Assembly: GCA_951406725.2 (NCBI GenBank)
Contig: OX597814.1
Coordinates: 175,522,001 to 175,586,000, forward strand
DNA: 64,000 nt
Source of the DNA: Octopus vulgaris
Lineage: Eukaryota
Direction of reading: 5' to 3'
Shown: piece by piece, positions 28,710 through 42,336 of the stretch
How positions within the stretch are numbered: the first letter of the stretch is position 1
Layout of the letters: each line of letters begins with the position of its first letter
The notes under the pieces: model-generated
What the model saw: only the letters and a program-made list of their open reading frames with translations
Database searches by the model: none
Told to the model about the DNA's origin: nothing
Program-made: the position numbers and the translations under genes

Positions 28710-28861
28710 TAGGCGTGGCTGTGTCGTAAGAAGCTTCCTTTCTAATCAGAGGAGTCCAGGCTCAGTCCCACTGCGTGGTATCTTGGGCGAGTATCTACTA
28801 CTATAGCCTCGGGCCGACCAACCGTTAGATTTAGTAGACAGAAACTGAAAGAAGCTCGTCG

Positions 28862-28899
<38 letters not shown>

Positions 28900-29089
28900 T
28901 ATAAATGTATGTATATATCTATGCGTAGGAGTCTCTGTGTCAATGTTTGTCCCCCACACCACTGCTTGACAAGGCTTTGGTCGGCCCGTGGCTTTAGTAG
29001 AGGGCACTTGACCAAGGTGCCACGCATTGGGAATGAACCCAGAACCATGTGGTTGGGAAGCAAGTTCCTACGACACAGCCATGTTTGTG

Positions 29090-29092
<3 letters not shown>
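28710..29092. mobile_element. Two SINE family B heads in inverted orientation
   Basis: Plus copy 28710-28862 and minus copy about 28970-29092, separated by ~110 bp. Confidence 0.85.
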
Positions 29093-29164
<72 letters not shown>

Positions 29165-29355
29165 ATTTATATATGTATATAAATGTGAGCAGAGTTAGTG
29201 GTTGGAATAACCGTCTAAGGGGATAAGAATATCCGTTCTTACTACCGGTATCATTTACCTATGCTATCTCTGGTCATGGGTATGCAAGCACACTATGCTC
29301 ATAGGACACAGGTAATAACAGAATAAGCAAAAGTTTATCAGGAATCAAATTTAAA

Positions 29356-30590
29356 TAAGTAGCAAATAGAGAAAACTTTTGATCAACAAACAAATTGATC
29401 AACATCGGTTAATTATCTTTTAATACACAACATTTCTTACGGCTGTTTCGGCTGCCAATGTCAGTCGGTGCTTACAAATAAAATTCCGAAAATAATATTC
29501 ACCACCTTTATAGCATATTCGACCTAGTACATGGAGCTTCATGTTAGTAATTAGCAAGTGTTTTAACTTGTAATCGTTTAATTGTTTGGGGTTTTTTGTA
29601 CTTTTTCCCTCTCGTATGTCTAAGAGGCAGAATGCACTCAGGACCGTGTAGATATTTACTTGTTCATTTAGTATTACCACCACTTGGAAGCATGCTGGTT
29701 ATTTAAGATGTCAGATTTGGCATTATATTTCGGAGGTAATTTCCACTAGTATTCACCTCCCCTATCAGTAGTCTCCCCCTAACTGTAAAAAAGTTTATAG
29801 CCATGTTGCTTGCTAATATTTATCTTATTTTATATTTTTATTTTTATTTTTATCTTATGTTATATTGAGAGGTTGTAGAAGGGCATAAGTGGCCTCATGC
29901 CACTTATGATATATTCTTCTCCCCACACCTTTTATTTACTGGTTCATTTTCTTCTTTATTTACGTCTATCCCTGTAACGATCCTAACTTTCCCTTAATTT
30001 AAATATAACTGACCAATTGTAGAGATGGCTGAACTTTGGTCAATTCCATTACGGGCAACAGGTGGTCGGTCTCTTGAATATTTAAGTAAGTATACCATTA
30101 TAAAAAACTCTACGGGTTTGGTTTTGGATAAATATCAATTAGCCCTATTTACGAAATCATAAATACTGTTCTTTTTCTAGACATATTGGCGATTCACCCT
30201 GGTATCCCTATATAAAGAGATAACCCATAAATTATTTCTCTAGTTTATTTGCAAGTTCACTCTTTTGCCTTGCGACATCAAGCTTCACACTGCAAAGTGG
30301 CATGATTCTAATAAATTAAGCCTTCTGGCCTCGTCTTGAGGCCCTGTTCTTTCCTCTTCCTTCTACCTTTCTGTTATTTTATGTATTTCTATTCACTCTA
30401 ATGAAGCTCCATGTACTAGATCGAATGTGCTATAAAGATGACGAATATTATTTTCGGAATTTTCTTTGTCAGCACCGACTGATATTGGCAGCCGAAACGG
30501 CTGTAAGAAATATGTTTTGTATTAAAACATAATCAACCAATGTTGATCAATTTGTTTGTTGATCAAAAGTTTTCTCCATTTTCTGCTTAT
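29356..30590. mobile_element. Penelope-like remnant bounded by ~190 bp inverted repeats, each containing a hammerhead-like motif
   Basis: 29356-29542 is the reverse complement, with scattered mismatches, of 30401-30590. Right arm: CTAATGA-AGCT...AGCC-GAAAC-GGCT-GTA-AGA (30398-30508). Confidence 0.75.
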
Positions 30591-31077
30591 ATATATATAT
30601 ATATATATATTTATATAGCATTGGTTTCAAGTAGAAAAATATCCTAGTGTCTTAATTTACAAATAAAGAAATTTTATCTACCAATGCACTCATTTTCATC
30701 GTTCGACATTTACGTGTATATATATTTATCACTGAGACCCCCTTCGGTTATGACATAGACCATGGGATTGCACCTAGAAAGTTACCCTCCCAGGCACAAG
30801 TCCGGGCAAGGTTGTTTATGGAAGACTAGTATTCGCCCATGCATACTGACCTCCCCTCTCCATGCCACCAGTGTTATCCAAGGGAAAGGCAAAGACCGAT
30901 ACAGTTTGGCACCTGTGAAGTCGCAACTCATTTCTACAGCTGAGTGAACTGGAGCATCGTGAAATAAAGTGTCTTGCTCAAGAACACAACACGCAGCTCG
31001 GTCCGGGATTCGAGCTTACAACCTCACGATCGTAAGCTCGTTGCTCTAACCACTGAGCCATGCGCTTTCACACACAC

Positions 31078-31172
<95 letters not shown>

Positions 31173-31647
31173 CACATACATAAATAGAGTCGAGAAGACC
31201 GCTGGCATGCATGTTGGATAGAGAAGACATGTTTATCTGCACTGAATGATCGTACAAAGAACTCGTCCATTTCAATGCATAAAGAGATAACGAGCAGACT
31301 CTGATCACCAGGAGCAGATAAATCTTACACTTACTGGGTGCGCATGCTCGCAATACATTAGGTAACTAAATTTGTCCGGTGCCGCATATTGTATTTAGCA
31401 GTGTGTGTACATGATTATTCGTGTGAATATTTAACTTTGATGTACACAGGTAGTTTTTGGCTAATTAATGTGTTTGTGTATATGGTCACTCCTAGTGTTT
31501 GACGTGTGTGCATGAATATGTAAATGCCTTCGTGTGTAGTTAGTGTAACACTATCGAATTAGTTTGCTCGTGGGTGGTTTCCATGTATGTATGTATTCAT
31601 ATATGTATTTATAAATGTAAAACTTTTTCTTTAAAAAATATATATGA

Positions 31648-31720
<73 letters not shown>

Positions 31721-33339
31721 CATATACATATATATGAGTAATAAAGTCAGGTGCAATGGACACTTTATGCGTATGAAGCTATATATGCGCAGATATGAGA
31801 TAATTCAATAGAGCGCATACTTCCAGCGGGGGTGGAAATGAGAGGAAAGCAACATAGATTGCTAACTGTCTGAACATGATATTTACACTGTAATGTAGAA
31901 AATCAGGTACCATTTTGAAAGACAAATGAACAGAATTGACTGATTCTTATCATGTAAATTCAATCAACCAATGGAACTGTGGTGCTCTACAAAACTTGGT
32001 CAACCATTTGAATTCCTTTACAGGATAAATAAAGGTGTGGAGTGTGTATGTATGCACACACAAACATACACACACACAACACACACATTCACACACACAC
32101 ACATAATATGTATACATAATACCATCTCATTTCCTACAAAAGAGTTTGGCTTAACAATACTAAACGAAGTATAGATAAAAAAATATATTGTAAATTATAC
32201 TGTCTAAAGATGAGGCTAATAGTCTGAAAATTATATTATCAACAGTAACAATTCTCCGATATTTAAACATTTCACGTTACGCAATAAGTCTGGTTTACTA
32301 TCAGCTGAAAATCAGGTAACAGAAGAGAACTCTCTCCAAACTGGACACTTACGACACATCTACGCCTGCGCTTATATATAATTATGTAGGGTGTGTATAT
32401 ATGAGTGTGTATTTGAAGTATTATACATACGTAGGTTGACATTTTTATACAGGGAATAGCCAAAAAAATTTGACCTAAATTTCATGTTTATCAAATTTGC
32501 TTGTTTCTTAATTTTCACTTGTTTCAGTATATTAGATTGCGGCCATGCTGGGGCACCGCCTTCAAGAATTTTAGCCGAACGAATCGATCTTAGTACTTAT
32601 TGAATCTTTTTTTTAAAGCCTGATACTTATTTTATCGCTTTCTTTTGCCGAACCACTAGGCCATTGGGACGAAAATACAGCAACGCAGGTTATTAAGTGA
32701 TGGTTATCAAGCAGTGTGTGTTAGTTTCCATGTACCAAATCCACTGACAGTGGTGGCGCGTGGTTTAGTGGTTAGGGTGTTGGACTCATGATCGTAAGAC
32801 TGTGGTTTCGATTCCTGTACCGGGCAACGCGTTGTGTTTTTTTAGCAAAACACGTCATTTCATGTTGCTGCAGTCCAGCCACCTGGCAAAAATGAGTAAT
32901 CCTGCAATTGACCAGGTGTCACGTCCAGGTGGGGAATTTATACACCATAGAAACCAGGAAACCGTTTCTATGAAACCATTTCTATGGTTTCTGTGGTTTC
33001 ACTTTCACTTTTAAATCCACTCACAAAGGTTTGTCCAGCCCGACGCTATAGAAGTAGACACCCGCCTAAGGTGCCACGTACTAGGACTAAACCTGGAAAC
33101 ATGTGGCAGAGGGTCAGACTTCTGTTACCACACAAGCATGCCTGCAGGATAGAATGTGGTTTCGATTCTTGTCTGAAGTCATTTATTTTATTATGGCAAT
33201 GCTGCTTAGGAAAATAATTTTTTGACAGATAAAGTAATGAGACAGGAATTTAGAAAAATGAATGCAGAAAAGCGTTTTATACGAAATATTAGATAACTGG
33301 ATTTTAACCTCTATCAGAACGGCTGATTAAAAATTATTC

Positions 33340-33387
<48 letters not shown>

Positions 33388-34226
33388 GAGAGAGAGAGAG
33401 AAAGAGAGACAAAGGGAGAGACAGAGACAGAAAGAGAGAGAGGGAGACGGAGAGGGAGACGAGAGAGAGAGAAAGAGAGAGAGAAGTGGTAAGAGGAAAC
33501 GCGGGAGAGAAAGGGAAAGAAAGAAAGTGAGAGAGAGAGAGAGAGAGGGAGGCGAGAGAGAGAGAAAGAGGGAGAGAAAGAGGGAAAGAAAGAGAGAGAA
33601 ATGGAGAGAAAGAGAGAGAAAAGAAAGAAAGGGAGAGAGAGAGAAATGGTGGCAGAGAACGGGTGAGAGGTAAAGTGAGTGGAGAAAGTATAAGACAGAG
33701 AGGGAGAGAGAGAGAGGGAGAGAGAAGGAGAGAGAGAGAGAGGAAGAGAGAGACACACAGAGATGAAGCAATATAGAGATAATGGTGGTGAGGAGGTGGA
33801 AGTGAAACCGACGCAGATTGCTTACTCCTAATGATTAATCTGATAGAATTTTAACTAAGATTAGTGTTAGAATTAAGATTTCTCTTATCTTTTAATTCTT
33901 CCAGTCTTCTTTTCTACTTCTTTGTCTCTGTCGCTATCTCTATCACTATATCTATAATGTCCTTTTACTGCACTCACACACAAAACTCACACACATACAC
34001 GCATACATACATACATGTATTTGACTGTGGGAAATTATGCTTTAAAATAAAATAGTCCTGTATAACCCTCCTTACCCTTATATCAGACAGGCGAGTTTGA
34101 TGATGACGAAAGTCTTCGTGAAAGAGAGCAAGAGTGGGAGCAGAGAAAGAGACATAATAGTCTGGACAATGTAGTGGTTAGTGCTAGAGCGCAGTAATTA
34201 GGGTTGAACAAAATACTGTAAGGAAA

Positions 34227-34608
34227 GGCGGCGAGCTGGCAGAAACGTTAACACGCCGGGCGAAATGCTTAGCGGTATTTCGTCTGCATTATGTTCTGAG
34301 TTCAAATTCCGCCGAGGTCGACTTTGCCTTTCATCCTTTCGGGGTCGATAAATTAAGTACCAGAGTTACGTACTGTCCTTGTTTGTCGCCTCTGTGTTTA
34401 GCCCCTTGTGGGTAGTAAAGAAATAGGTATTTCGTCTACCGCTACCTTTTGAGTTCAAATTCCGCCGCGGTCGACTTTGCCTTTCATCCTTTCGGGGTCG
34501 ATAAATTAAGTATCAGTTACGCACTGGGGTAGCTGTAATCGACTTAGTCCATTTGTCTGTCCTTGTTTGTCCCCTCTATGTTTAGCCCCTTGTGGACAGT
34601 AAAGAAAT
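34227..34608 (+). mobile_element. SINE family A dimer with 13-bp TSD
   Basis: Two tandem bodies; AACAAAATACTGT at 34207-34219 and 34609-34621. Confidence 0.9.
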
Positions 34609-34863
34609 AACAAAATACTGTCAGGTCTAGCATTTGGGTTGGAATGATCGAAGATTGGAATGATCGAAAATTGGAATGATCGAGGGAGTTTTCGCACGTT
34701 GTAGACTATGTGCATCATTTGGTTGGATCACTAAGAGATGTTGATAATAATCAGATATTTGGATGAGTTTTGAGTGGATTCAGTGTCAAGTTATTAACTC
34801 CAAGTCAAGTCTAATCAAAGGCATTCCAGTCATAAACATACCTCGTATTTTATTCTTTTATTT

Positions 34864-35215
34864 ATTTCAGTCATTTGACTGCGACCATGCTGGAGCACCG
34901 CCTTGAAGGGTTTTAGTCGTACAAGTTGACCCTAGGATTTATTCTTTGTAAGCCTAGTACTTATTCTATCGGTCTCTTTTGCCAAACCGCTATGTTACGG
35001 GGGCATAAACACACCAGCACTGGTTGTCAAGCGATGGCGGTGGGAGGGACACAGACACACAGATATAAACAGACACACACACTCACATACATACGACGGG
35101 CTTCTTTCAGTTTCCGTCTGTCAAATCCACTCACAAGGTTTTTGTCGGCCCGAGGCTATAGTAGAAGACACTTGCCCAAGGTGACACACAGTGGGACTGA
35201 ATCCAGAACCATGTG
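34864..35215 (-). mobile_element. SINE family B, near full length, with LINE-like 3' tail
   Basis: Tail reverse complement GGCGGTGCTCCAGCATGGTCGCAGTCAAATGACTGAAA; similar tails at about 18722-18760 and 32520-32560. Confidence 0.85.
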
Positions 35216-36419
35216 CGCATGCCTAGAATATATTTAAGAAGCTGGATGTGCGATATTTGATGGAAATTTGGCTGCTATTTCTAGAAATACCACGTGGAAA
35301 CTCCCCACTTTGGTTCAAATGATGTCTAATTGGAATCGAAGCAATCAGCAATTGTAAAGGGTTATTCAGCGAGTGTGCTACTGTCTTGAGACATCTTGAT
35401 TGTAAAGTGGTGAGTAGGACAAATCAGTAAAGTCCAGAAGGTTAGAAAATCATGCTGTAATTTACTGCAGAACAAGAGTAAACATTTAGAGAATCTAGTT
35501 CAAGAAATGGCTTTGAATTCTTGGCTGTAGCCATTCCACATCACTTCATTTACATCGGTAATGACATAGAATAGTTCTGAATTTACATAATCCCATTTAT
35601 TTTCTCTTACACTTATATAAAAACAACAACAACAACAACGATTTCATCATCAACAATAGCAACAAGAACAAATCAATCAATAACAGAGTGAGTTCTTAAA
35701 ATTCTGTAAATGTAATCATTCTATAGACACCACCGAAATAATTTTCTGATTTAATGGAAGAAAAGCACGCAGTGAAGTTTCTATCGTAGGTAAAGGTTTA
35801 TGTATACAGAACAGGATAGATAATCTTTTAAATCGACTCCATGTGGTCACTCTATTGATTACAGATCAAAGTTGTACATATAATACCAATTACTCTAAGA
35901 ATTCAAGAGCAAAGCACGAAGTGGACATGAAGTTTATGTGACTTAAGTAAAGCGATGTTGTTTAATGAATATGAGACATTCATTCACAAAACATTTATTC
36001 AATAAAGATAGGGTGAAAAGGATTTTCAGATATATAAAGAATTAGATTGGTAGATAGATAGATAGATAAAGAGAGAGTGATAGTGAGAAAGAGAAGAGAA
36101 AGAGAGAAAAGAAGGAGAGAAAGAAAAAGAGAGGGAAGGGGCGATGGAGGAAGGATAGGAGAAAAAAGAGATTAAAAAATCACTAAAGAAAATAGTAGCA
36201 AACCTCATAGGAAATAATTTATTTCACGATTAGTTGAGTCCGAAGACTTGGTTTCGGTTTCTGAAGCATTCAGATCATGTTCACTTTGTGGGTAGTGTTG
36301 CTGTTTAGCAACTCTATACAAGTCGCACCTGTTCGGGCAGGCTTATGATCAAAGACATTCTATGCATAGCCACCTCTAAGGTTTTTCCGGAATACTGTGT
36401 TCCGGACTACATCATATAT

Positions 36420-36606
36420 GTGACCGCGTGTGTATCGTTGGCGATTTTTTTTCCTCCGTCTTCCCTTCCTTGGATCTTTCCTTTTCCTATGTTTCTGACG
36501 AAGAGCTTCGCTCGAAACGTTAAATCCTGAGCATCCAATAACACTATACTTGTTTCACGTCCCTGCGTTGTTGTGTTTTCTCTTTGTATTTTCATGTTTG
36601 GATTAA
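36420..36606 (+). mobile_element. Short hammerhead-bearing repeat, subfamily 2
   Basis: TTT-CTGACGA-A-GAGC-TTC-GCTC-GAAAC-GTT-AAA at 36492-36524; the whole unit is homologous to 40163-40346. Confidence 0.75.
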
Positions 36607-39600
36607 TTTTACATCATATAACATGTATTGTTAGATGAGTATGAGACATCTTGATACAACTGTTTTGGCGCTGCCTCTTAGGCGTCGCTGATTCGATGCT
36701 GACTTATTTGACATTGGATCTTTTAATGTTTCTTTCATTCTCACTGTGTTTAGTGTGTGAGCACACATAAACATATTTCTCTTCGTGTGCAAGAGGAAAC
36801 GGAAGGAAAGTGTTTACGTAAATCGTGTTCAATAAATAAATTGTAATGTTTCTTTCACTCTCTCTCTCTCTATGTGCATGTATATATTTCTGTGTGTCGT
36901 GCATGAGTGTAAGTGCGTATTTGTGTGTGAGCATGTGCATGTGTGTATTTCCAGGGCAAAGACATACAGTCACCAAAACAAGTCGAAAGTCCAGTCAGCT
37001 GTGCCAAATCGTTACCAACCAAAACAGCCACACTCAAGCATATTCCGTCGTTAGTGTATACTTAGTGGACCCGCACAAGTGACGTTGATGAGATGGACTA
37101 GACATGACTATATTCTGAGTATATTCACCATGAACAAAGCTAGCACTATAATCTTACATAATATCCATTAATTACGCAGTTCTCATGATCCTTACAATAT
37201 AAACTCTAATGCAATTACCGTATCTACTCAGTGGGCGTAGGTATGGTTGCGTGGTTTATGAATTTGCTTTACAACTACGTGGCATCTTGTTCGATCCCAC
37301 TACACGGCACCTTGGGTAAGTTTTATTCTACTATAGCCCGAGAGTGACACAAGCCTTATGAGTTCATATCCTTGGATAATAGACTTCACCTGTTGACTTA
37401 TTTTATCAATCCCACCTAGTCTTTAGGTGTCTTAGAGGAATCCATTCTGTTGCAGGTATTTGCGTTAGATTTCCGGTCTGAGGATAATTTCGTATTTTAT
37501 TCCTATTTAATTTCGGACGCCCAGAAAAGGAGTATGGGGCCTGAGATTCCTTCTGTGATAAAGCTATTAAAAACATCATATACAAACTGTCGAATCAAGC
37601 TAATGAAAGTTGTCTTAGCCAAGGATACAACACCTTACCGAGATGGTGAAACAGATAATTGACTCAATGCTCGATATATAAAAACCACATTGACTTAGTC
37701 ACTTGCTTCTCTATAATTTAATATCAGCTTATAACTAGTTCACTTCAGTTATAGTACTAACACCTGTGGTTGAGCTATGTGTCTTGCATTTCACCATCTT
37801 TTATTCCTATGAAATCTGACTTTTGTATTCAAGTAAAAATGTAAGCATAAATTAGACTTGAAGTCAGTATAGAGTTTTCTGGCAAACTGCTTCCTTAATA
37901 AACTTTTTGCTTATATTTGAAACTATTTCAGTTTATTTACTTGAGCAGTGCCAAAGTAAAATTTATAACTTTACGTCTCTATCGCTCTCTCTCTCTCTCT
38001 CTCTGTCTTGTATAAATCTGAAGTTATACACTTTCATACGAGGGTAATATCGATTCCATTTTAGGCACAAAGACAATTAATTTTTTTTCTACCTCGGGAA
38101 AATGAAAATATAAGTTGACCTCGTTGGGAACTTAACCCAGGACGTAGTGAAATGAAACAAATAATATGAGTTTTAGTCTGGTTCTTAATATAAAAATAAT
38201 TGTTGAAACACCTCCAAACTAATAGTTGTCAAGACTTGGGAAAATGAAAGTAGATTCGTCAATGGTGATATTTGAACTCAGAGCACTGATCATCATACAT
38301 GGCATGCGTCATTTAAAAATAAATGCTAAGCCAGTTTTATATGTTCAGAGCAAAAAAGCGATAACTTGGACAAGAGTATGCTACAGCATGTAATTGAAAA
38401 GTACGTACCTATTGTAATCTCTCACGTTGTCCAACTGTCCATCTCTTCTGTCCCTCGTTCTATTTGTGTTAGTTTTACTTATCAGTATTTTGCCTTAGTT
38501 GGTTAAGCCAAGCTCTTGAGTAAAAGCGGGTAGGTGAAACAGTATAGAAATCCTTTAGGTCGACTGTACTTGTTGTTGAGCCAACCGATTTAATCCATAG
38601 TCTAATTTAAACCACTATTTGACAGAGTCACTTCTCTTACAAACATTCAGACCAGCTCTCTTGTTATTCTAATGTACTAACTCCTACTGGTTTCTTTATC
38701 CCATTTCTTAACCAGTCTTCAAAACCCAGCGAAAAGTCAAGGCTATCCCTCCTCCTCATCAGACCTCGTCTACTAAGCCATAAAACATTTTGATATGTAT
38801 AAATATACCTGTGTCTTATCTAGGAGTCATGCATAAGTATTTCGACTGTAACTAGAATATATTTTATATCTCTATGAACCGAAAATCACAGACGACAGTC
38901 CAGATACTTACACTAGTTACCGGATTTTCCAAAATATAAATTAAGAAAAGTAAACTGTCTGGCAATAAAAATATGTTTGTTAGATAAGTCAGCGCGTGGA
39001 ATATTTGCCAGACACATGAAAACATTAAATAATTGAAATAAACTCACGTAACACCATAGGAAATGTGTATCTCAAAGGTAGAATACAAAACGTTACCGTT
39101 GTATGGCAGAAACGTTCCAATCAACAAAACATCGCAATAAAAGTCTTGGAGATTGAAAGTGCCCCAAACACAAGCTATGCCAACAGCAGGAGTCAGTATT
39201 TCAGCACAACGTTGTTGGTCTCCCATTTAAACAAAACGGACATAAGATTGGTTTTTATAACCGGTTGTAAGTCATAGGCAGTATATACAATCCGTCATTC
39301 GGTTTAACAATATCACCTGAATCCTGAGTGCTTTTAGGAAAGTTTAGTCTATTCTGAACAGTCGGGTCAAGAATCCAATACGAAGATGACTCATGTGAAA
39401 TCATCTCCTCCCATTGCTTTTATCAGTCTTGGACATAAAATGTCATAATGTCATAGATAGTGTTATAGCTATGTATGTATGTATGTATGTATGTATGTAT
39501 GTATGTATGTATGTATGTATGTATGTATGTATGTATGTATGTATGTGTGTATGTATGTATGTGTGTATGTATGTATGATGCAGATATTTATATATATATG

Positions 39601-40064
39601 TATGTATATGTATACATATATGAGTATATCTGTCTGTATTCATACATGCATGCATACATACATAGATACATACATACGTACATACATACGTACATACATA
39701 CATACATACATACATAGATACATACATACATAAATGCATGCATAAATACATACATATATATATATATGCATGCATAAACACACTTACGAAGGCTTCCACA
39801 CTTCCAGTCTACTAAATTTCACTCATAAACTATAGGCCAACCCAAAATGATAGTAGAAGAAAAAATTACCCAATGTCCGATGCAGAGATCGAATCCAGAA
39901 CCACGTGATTATAATGCAAACTTCTCAACCGCACAGTCATGTCTGATTTTTTTTTTGTATTTTGCATTCTATTTTTCCCTTTGTTTTCATAATTTAGTTA
40001 AACAGGTGTTACTGCACATTTGCACATCAATATTGAGACACATAATCTGCATTGATCCTTACTT

Positions 40065-40114
<50 letters not shown>

Positions 40115-40162
40115 TGTATGTATGTATGTATGTATGTATGTATGTATGTATGTATGTATGTA

Positions 40163-40346
40163 TGTGACCTCGTGTGTACCGTTGGCGATTTTTTCCTCTG
40201 TCTTCCCTTCTCTGGATCTTTCCTTCTCCTATGTTTCCGACGAAGAGCTCCGCTCGAAACGTTAAACCCTCCTTCTTTCCTTCTTACCTGAGCGTCCAAT
40301 AATACTATATTTGTTCCACGTCCTCGCGTTGTTGCGCTTTTTTGTG
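40163..40346 (+). mobile_element. Short hammerhead-bearing repeat, subfamily 2 (core variant CCGACGA)
   Basis: GTTT-CCGACGA-A-GAGC-TCC-GCTC-GAAAC-GTT-AAAC at 40233-40267; embedded in (TATG)n/(TA)n. Confidence 0.75.
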
Positions 40347-40383
40347 CTTTCTTGTTTGGATTAAATATATATATATATGCATG

Positions 40384-40526
<143 letters not shown>

Positions 40527-40989
40527 GTATATATATATCGGTTCCGTTTTCAGCAGAGAAAGACGTGATTGCCTTTGCTCTGTGAAAAAGTTTGCATAGA
40601 ACGGCGAAATAACCCACTGTATTTGCAAAACGTAAAACTCTAAGTCATTGAGATCACTACAACACTTTGGTTAAAAATATTTTTAAAAATATATATATAA
40701 ATATATACATATACACAGTAATTTTCATTTCCGCCGAAACGCACATGGTGCAAAAATAACTGAATCAAGTTATCTCCTGCAAGAAAGAAAAAGAAGTATC
40801 TCTCCTGAAAAAAATCCCGTAAACCAAAAAAAATAATCCAGACCACATTGTTGGATTAAGTATCAATTTCATCTATTTCATATTTTATTTATTATTCTAT
40901 TTTATCTTTCACTTAGGCCCACATCTTAGTTAAAGTTGCGATCGTCATTTTGTTTGTTTACATTTTCAATATCTATTATCGATATAATA

Positions 40990-42280
40990 ATTTTCCAGAT
41001 ACTCTATCTTCTAATTAGCCTTAAGATTAAATTAAATAACGTTTAATATTGATACCGTCAAATTAGCCTTAGGATTAAATTAAATAACGTTTAATATTGT
41101 TTAATATTGTTAATAATTATTGTTAATTAGCCTTAAGATTAAATTAAATAACGTTTAATATTGTTTTAATATTGTTAATAATTTTTCAGATACTCTATCT
41201 TCTAATTAGCCCTAAGATTAAATTAAATAACGTTTAATATTAATAACGTCTAATTAGCCTTAGGATTAGATTAAATTAAATAACGTTTAATATTGTTAAT
41301 AATTATTGTTAATTAGCCTTAGGATTAAATTAAATAACGTTTAATATTGTTTAATATTGTTAATAATTACTGTTAATTAGCCTTAAGATTAAATTAAATA
41401 ACGTTTAATATTGTTTAATATTGTTAATAATTATTGTTAATTAGCCTTAGGATTAAATTAAATAACGTTTAATATTGTTTAATATTGTTAATAATTATTG
41501 TTAATTAGCCTTAAGATTAAATTAAATAACGTTTAATATTGTTTTAATATTGTTAATAATTCTTCAGATACTCTATCTTCTAATTAGCCTTAAGATTAAA
41601 TTAAATAACGTTTAATATTACCCACACTCTAATATAATATTAACATTGCTAATATATTTTCAGATACTCTATCTCCTGATTAGCCTTAAGATTAAATAAC
41701 GTTTTTATCTACACTCTAATATAATATTAATATTGCTAATACATTTTCAGATACTCTATCTTCTAATTAGCCTTAAGATTAAATTAAATAACGTTTAATA
41801 TTAATAACGTCTAATTAGCCTTAAGATTAAATTAAATAACGGTTAATATTGCTTAATATTGTATATATAATTTTTCAGATACTCTGTCTTCTAATTAGCC
41901 TTAAGATTAAATTAAATAACGTTTAATATTACCCACACTCTAATATAATATTAATATTGCTAATATATTTTCAGATACTCTATCTCCAAATTAGCCTTAA
42001 GATTAAATAACGTTTTTTTTTTACCCACACTCTAATATAATATTAATATTGCTAATATATTTTCAGATACTCTATCTCCTAATTAGCCTTAAGATTAAAC
42101 AACGTTTTTATCCACACTCTAATATAATATTAATATTGCTAATACATTTTCAGATACTCTATCCCCTAATTAGCCTTAAGATTAAATAACGTTTTTACCC
42201 AAATAACGTTTTTACACAAACTTTAATATTGTTAATATTTCTTTTTCAAGTACTCTATCTTCTAATTAGCCTTAATATCT
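40990..42280 (+). repeat. Modular AT-rich tandem array (about 18 copies of core AATTAGCCTTA(A/G)GATTAAA(TTAAA)TAACGTTT) immediately 5' of ORF1
   Basis: Core recurs at about 41013, 41061, 41125, 41204, 41252, 41311, 41375, 41439, 41503, 41582, 41678, 41765, 41813, 41893, 41989, 42081, 42168 and 42264 (period 48-96 bp). It is interleaved with the re-used modules CAGATACTCTATCT, AATATTGTTTAATATTGTTAATAATT and CACACTCTAATATAATATTAA. Confidence 0.95.
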
Positions 42281-42336
42281 TCCTGTCTTCTCTCGAACAT
42301 AATTAGATAGATAAACGGATAGACGGATTATCCAGC

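Noticed and set aside
39040-39440. Possible Helitron helicase relic on the minus strand
   Set aside because: Resemblance to the QFP/SQGQT/HGQLYVA motifs is too weak without a profile search.
40990-42280. CRISPR-like appearance (constant core, variable intervals)
   Set aside because: The intervals are re-used modules rather than unique spacers, lengths are irregular, there are no cas genes and the context is eukaryotic.
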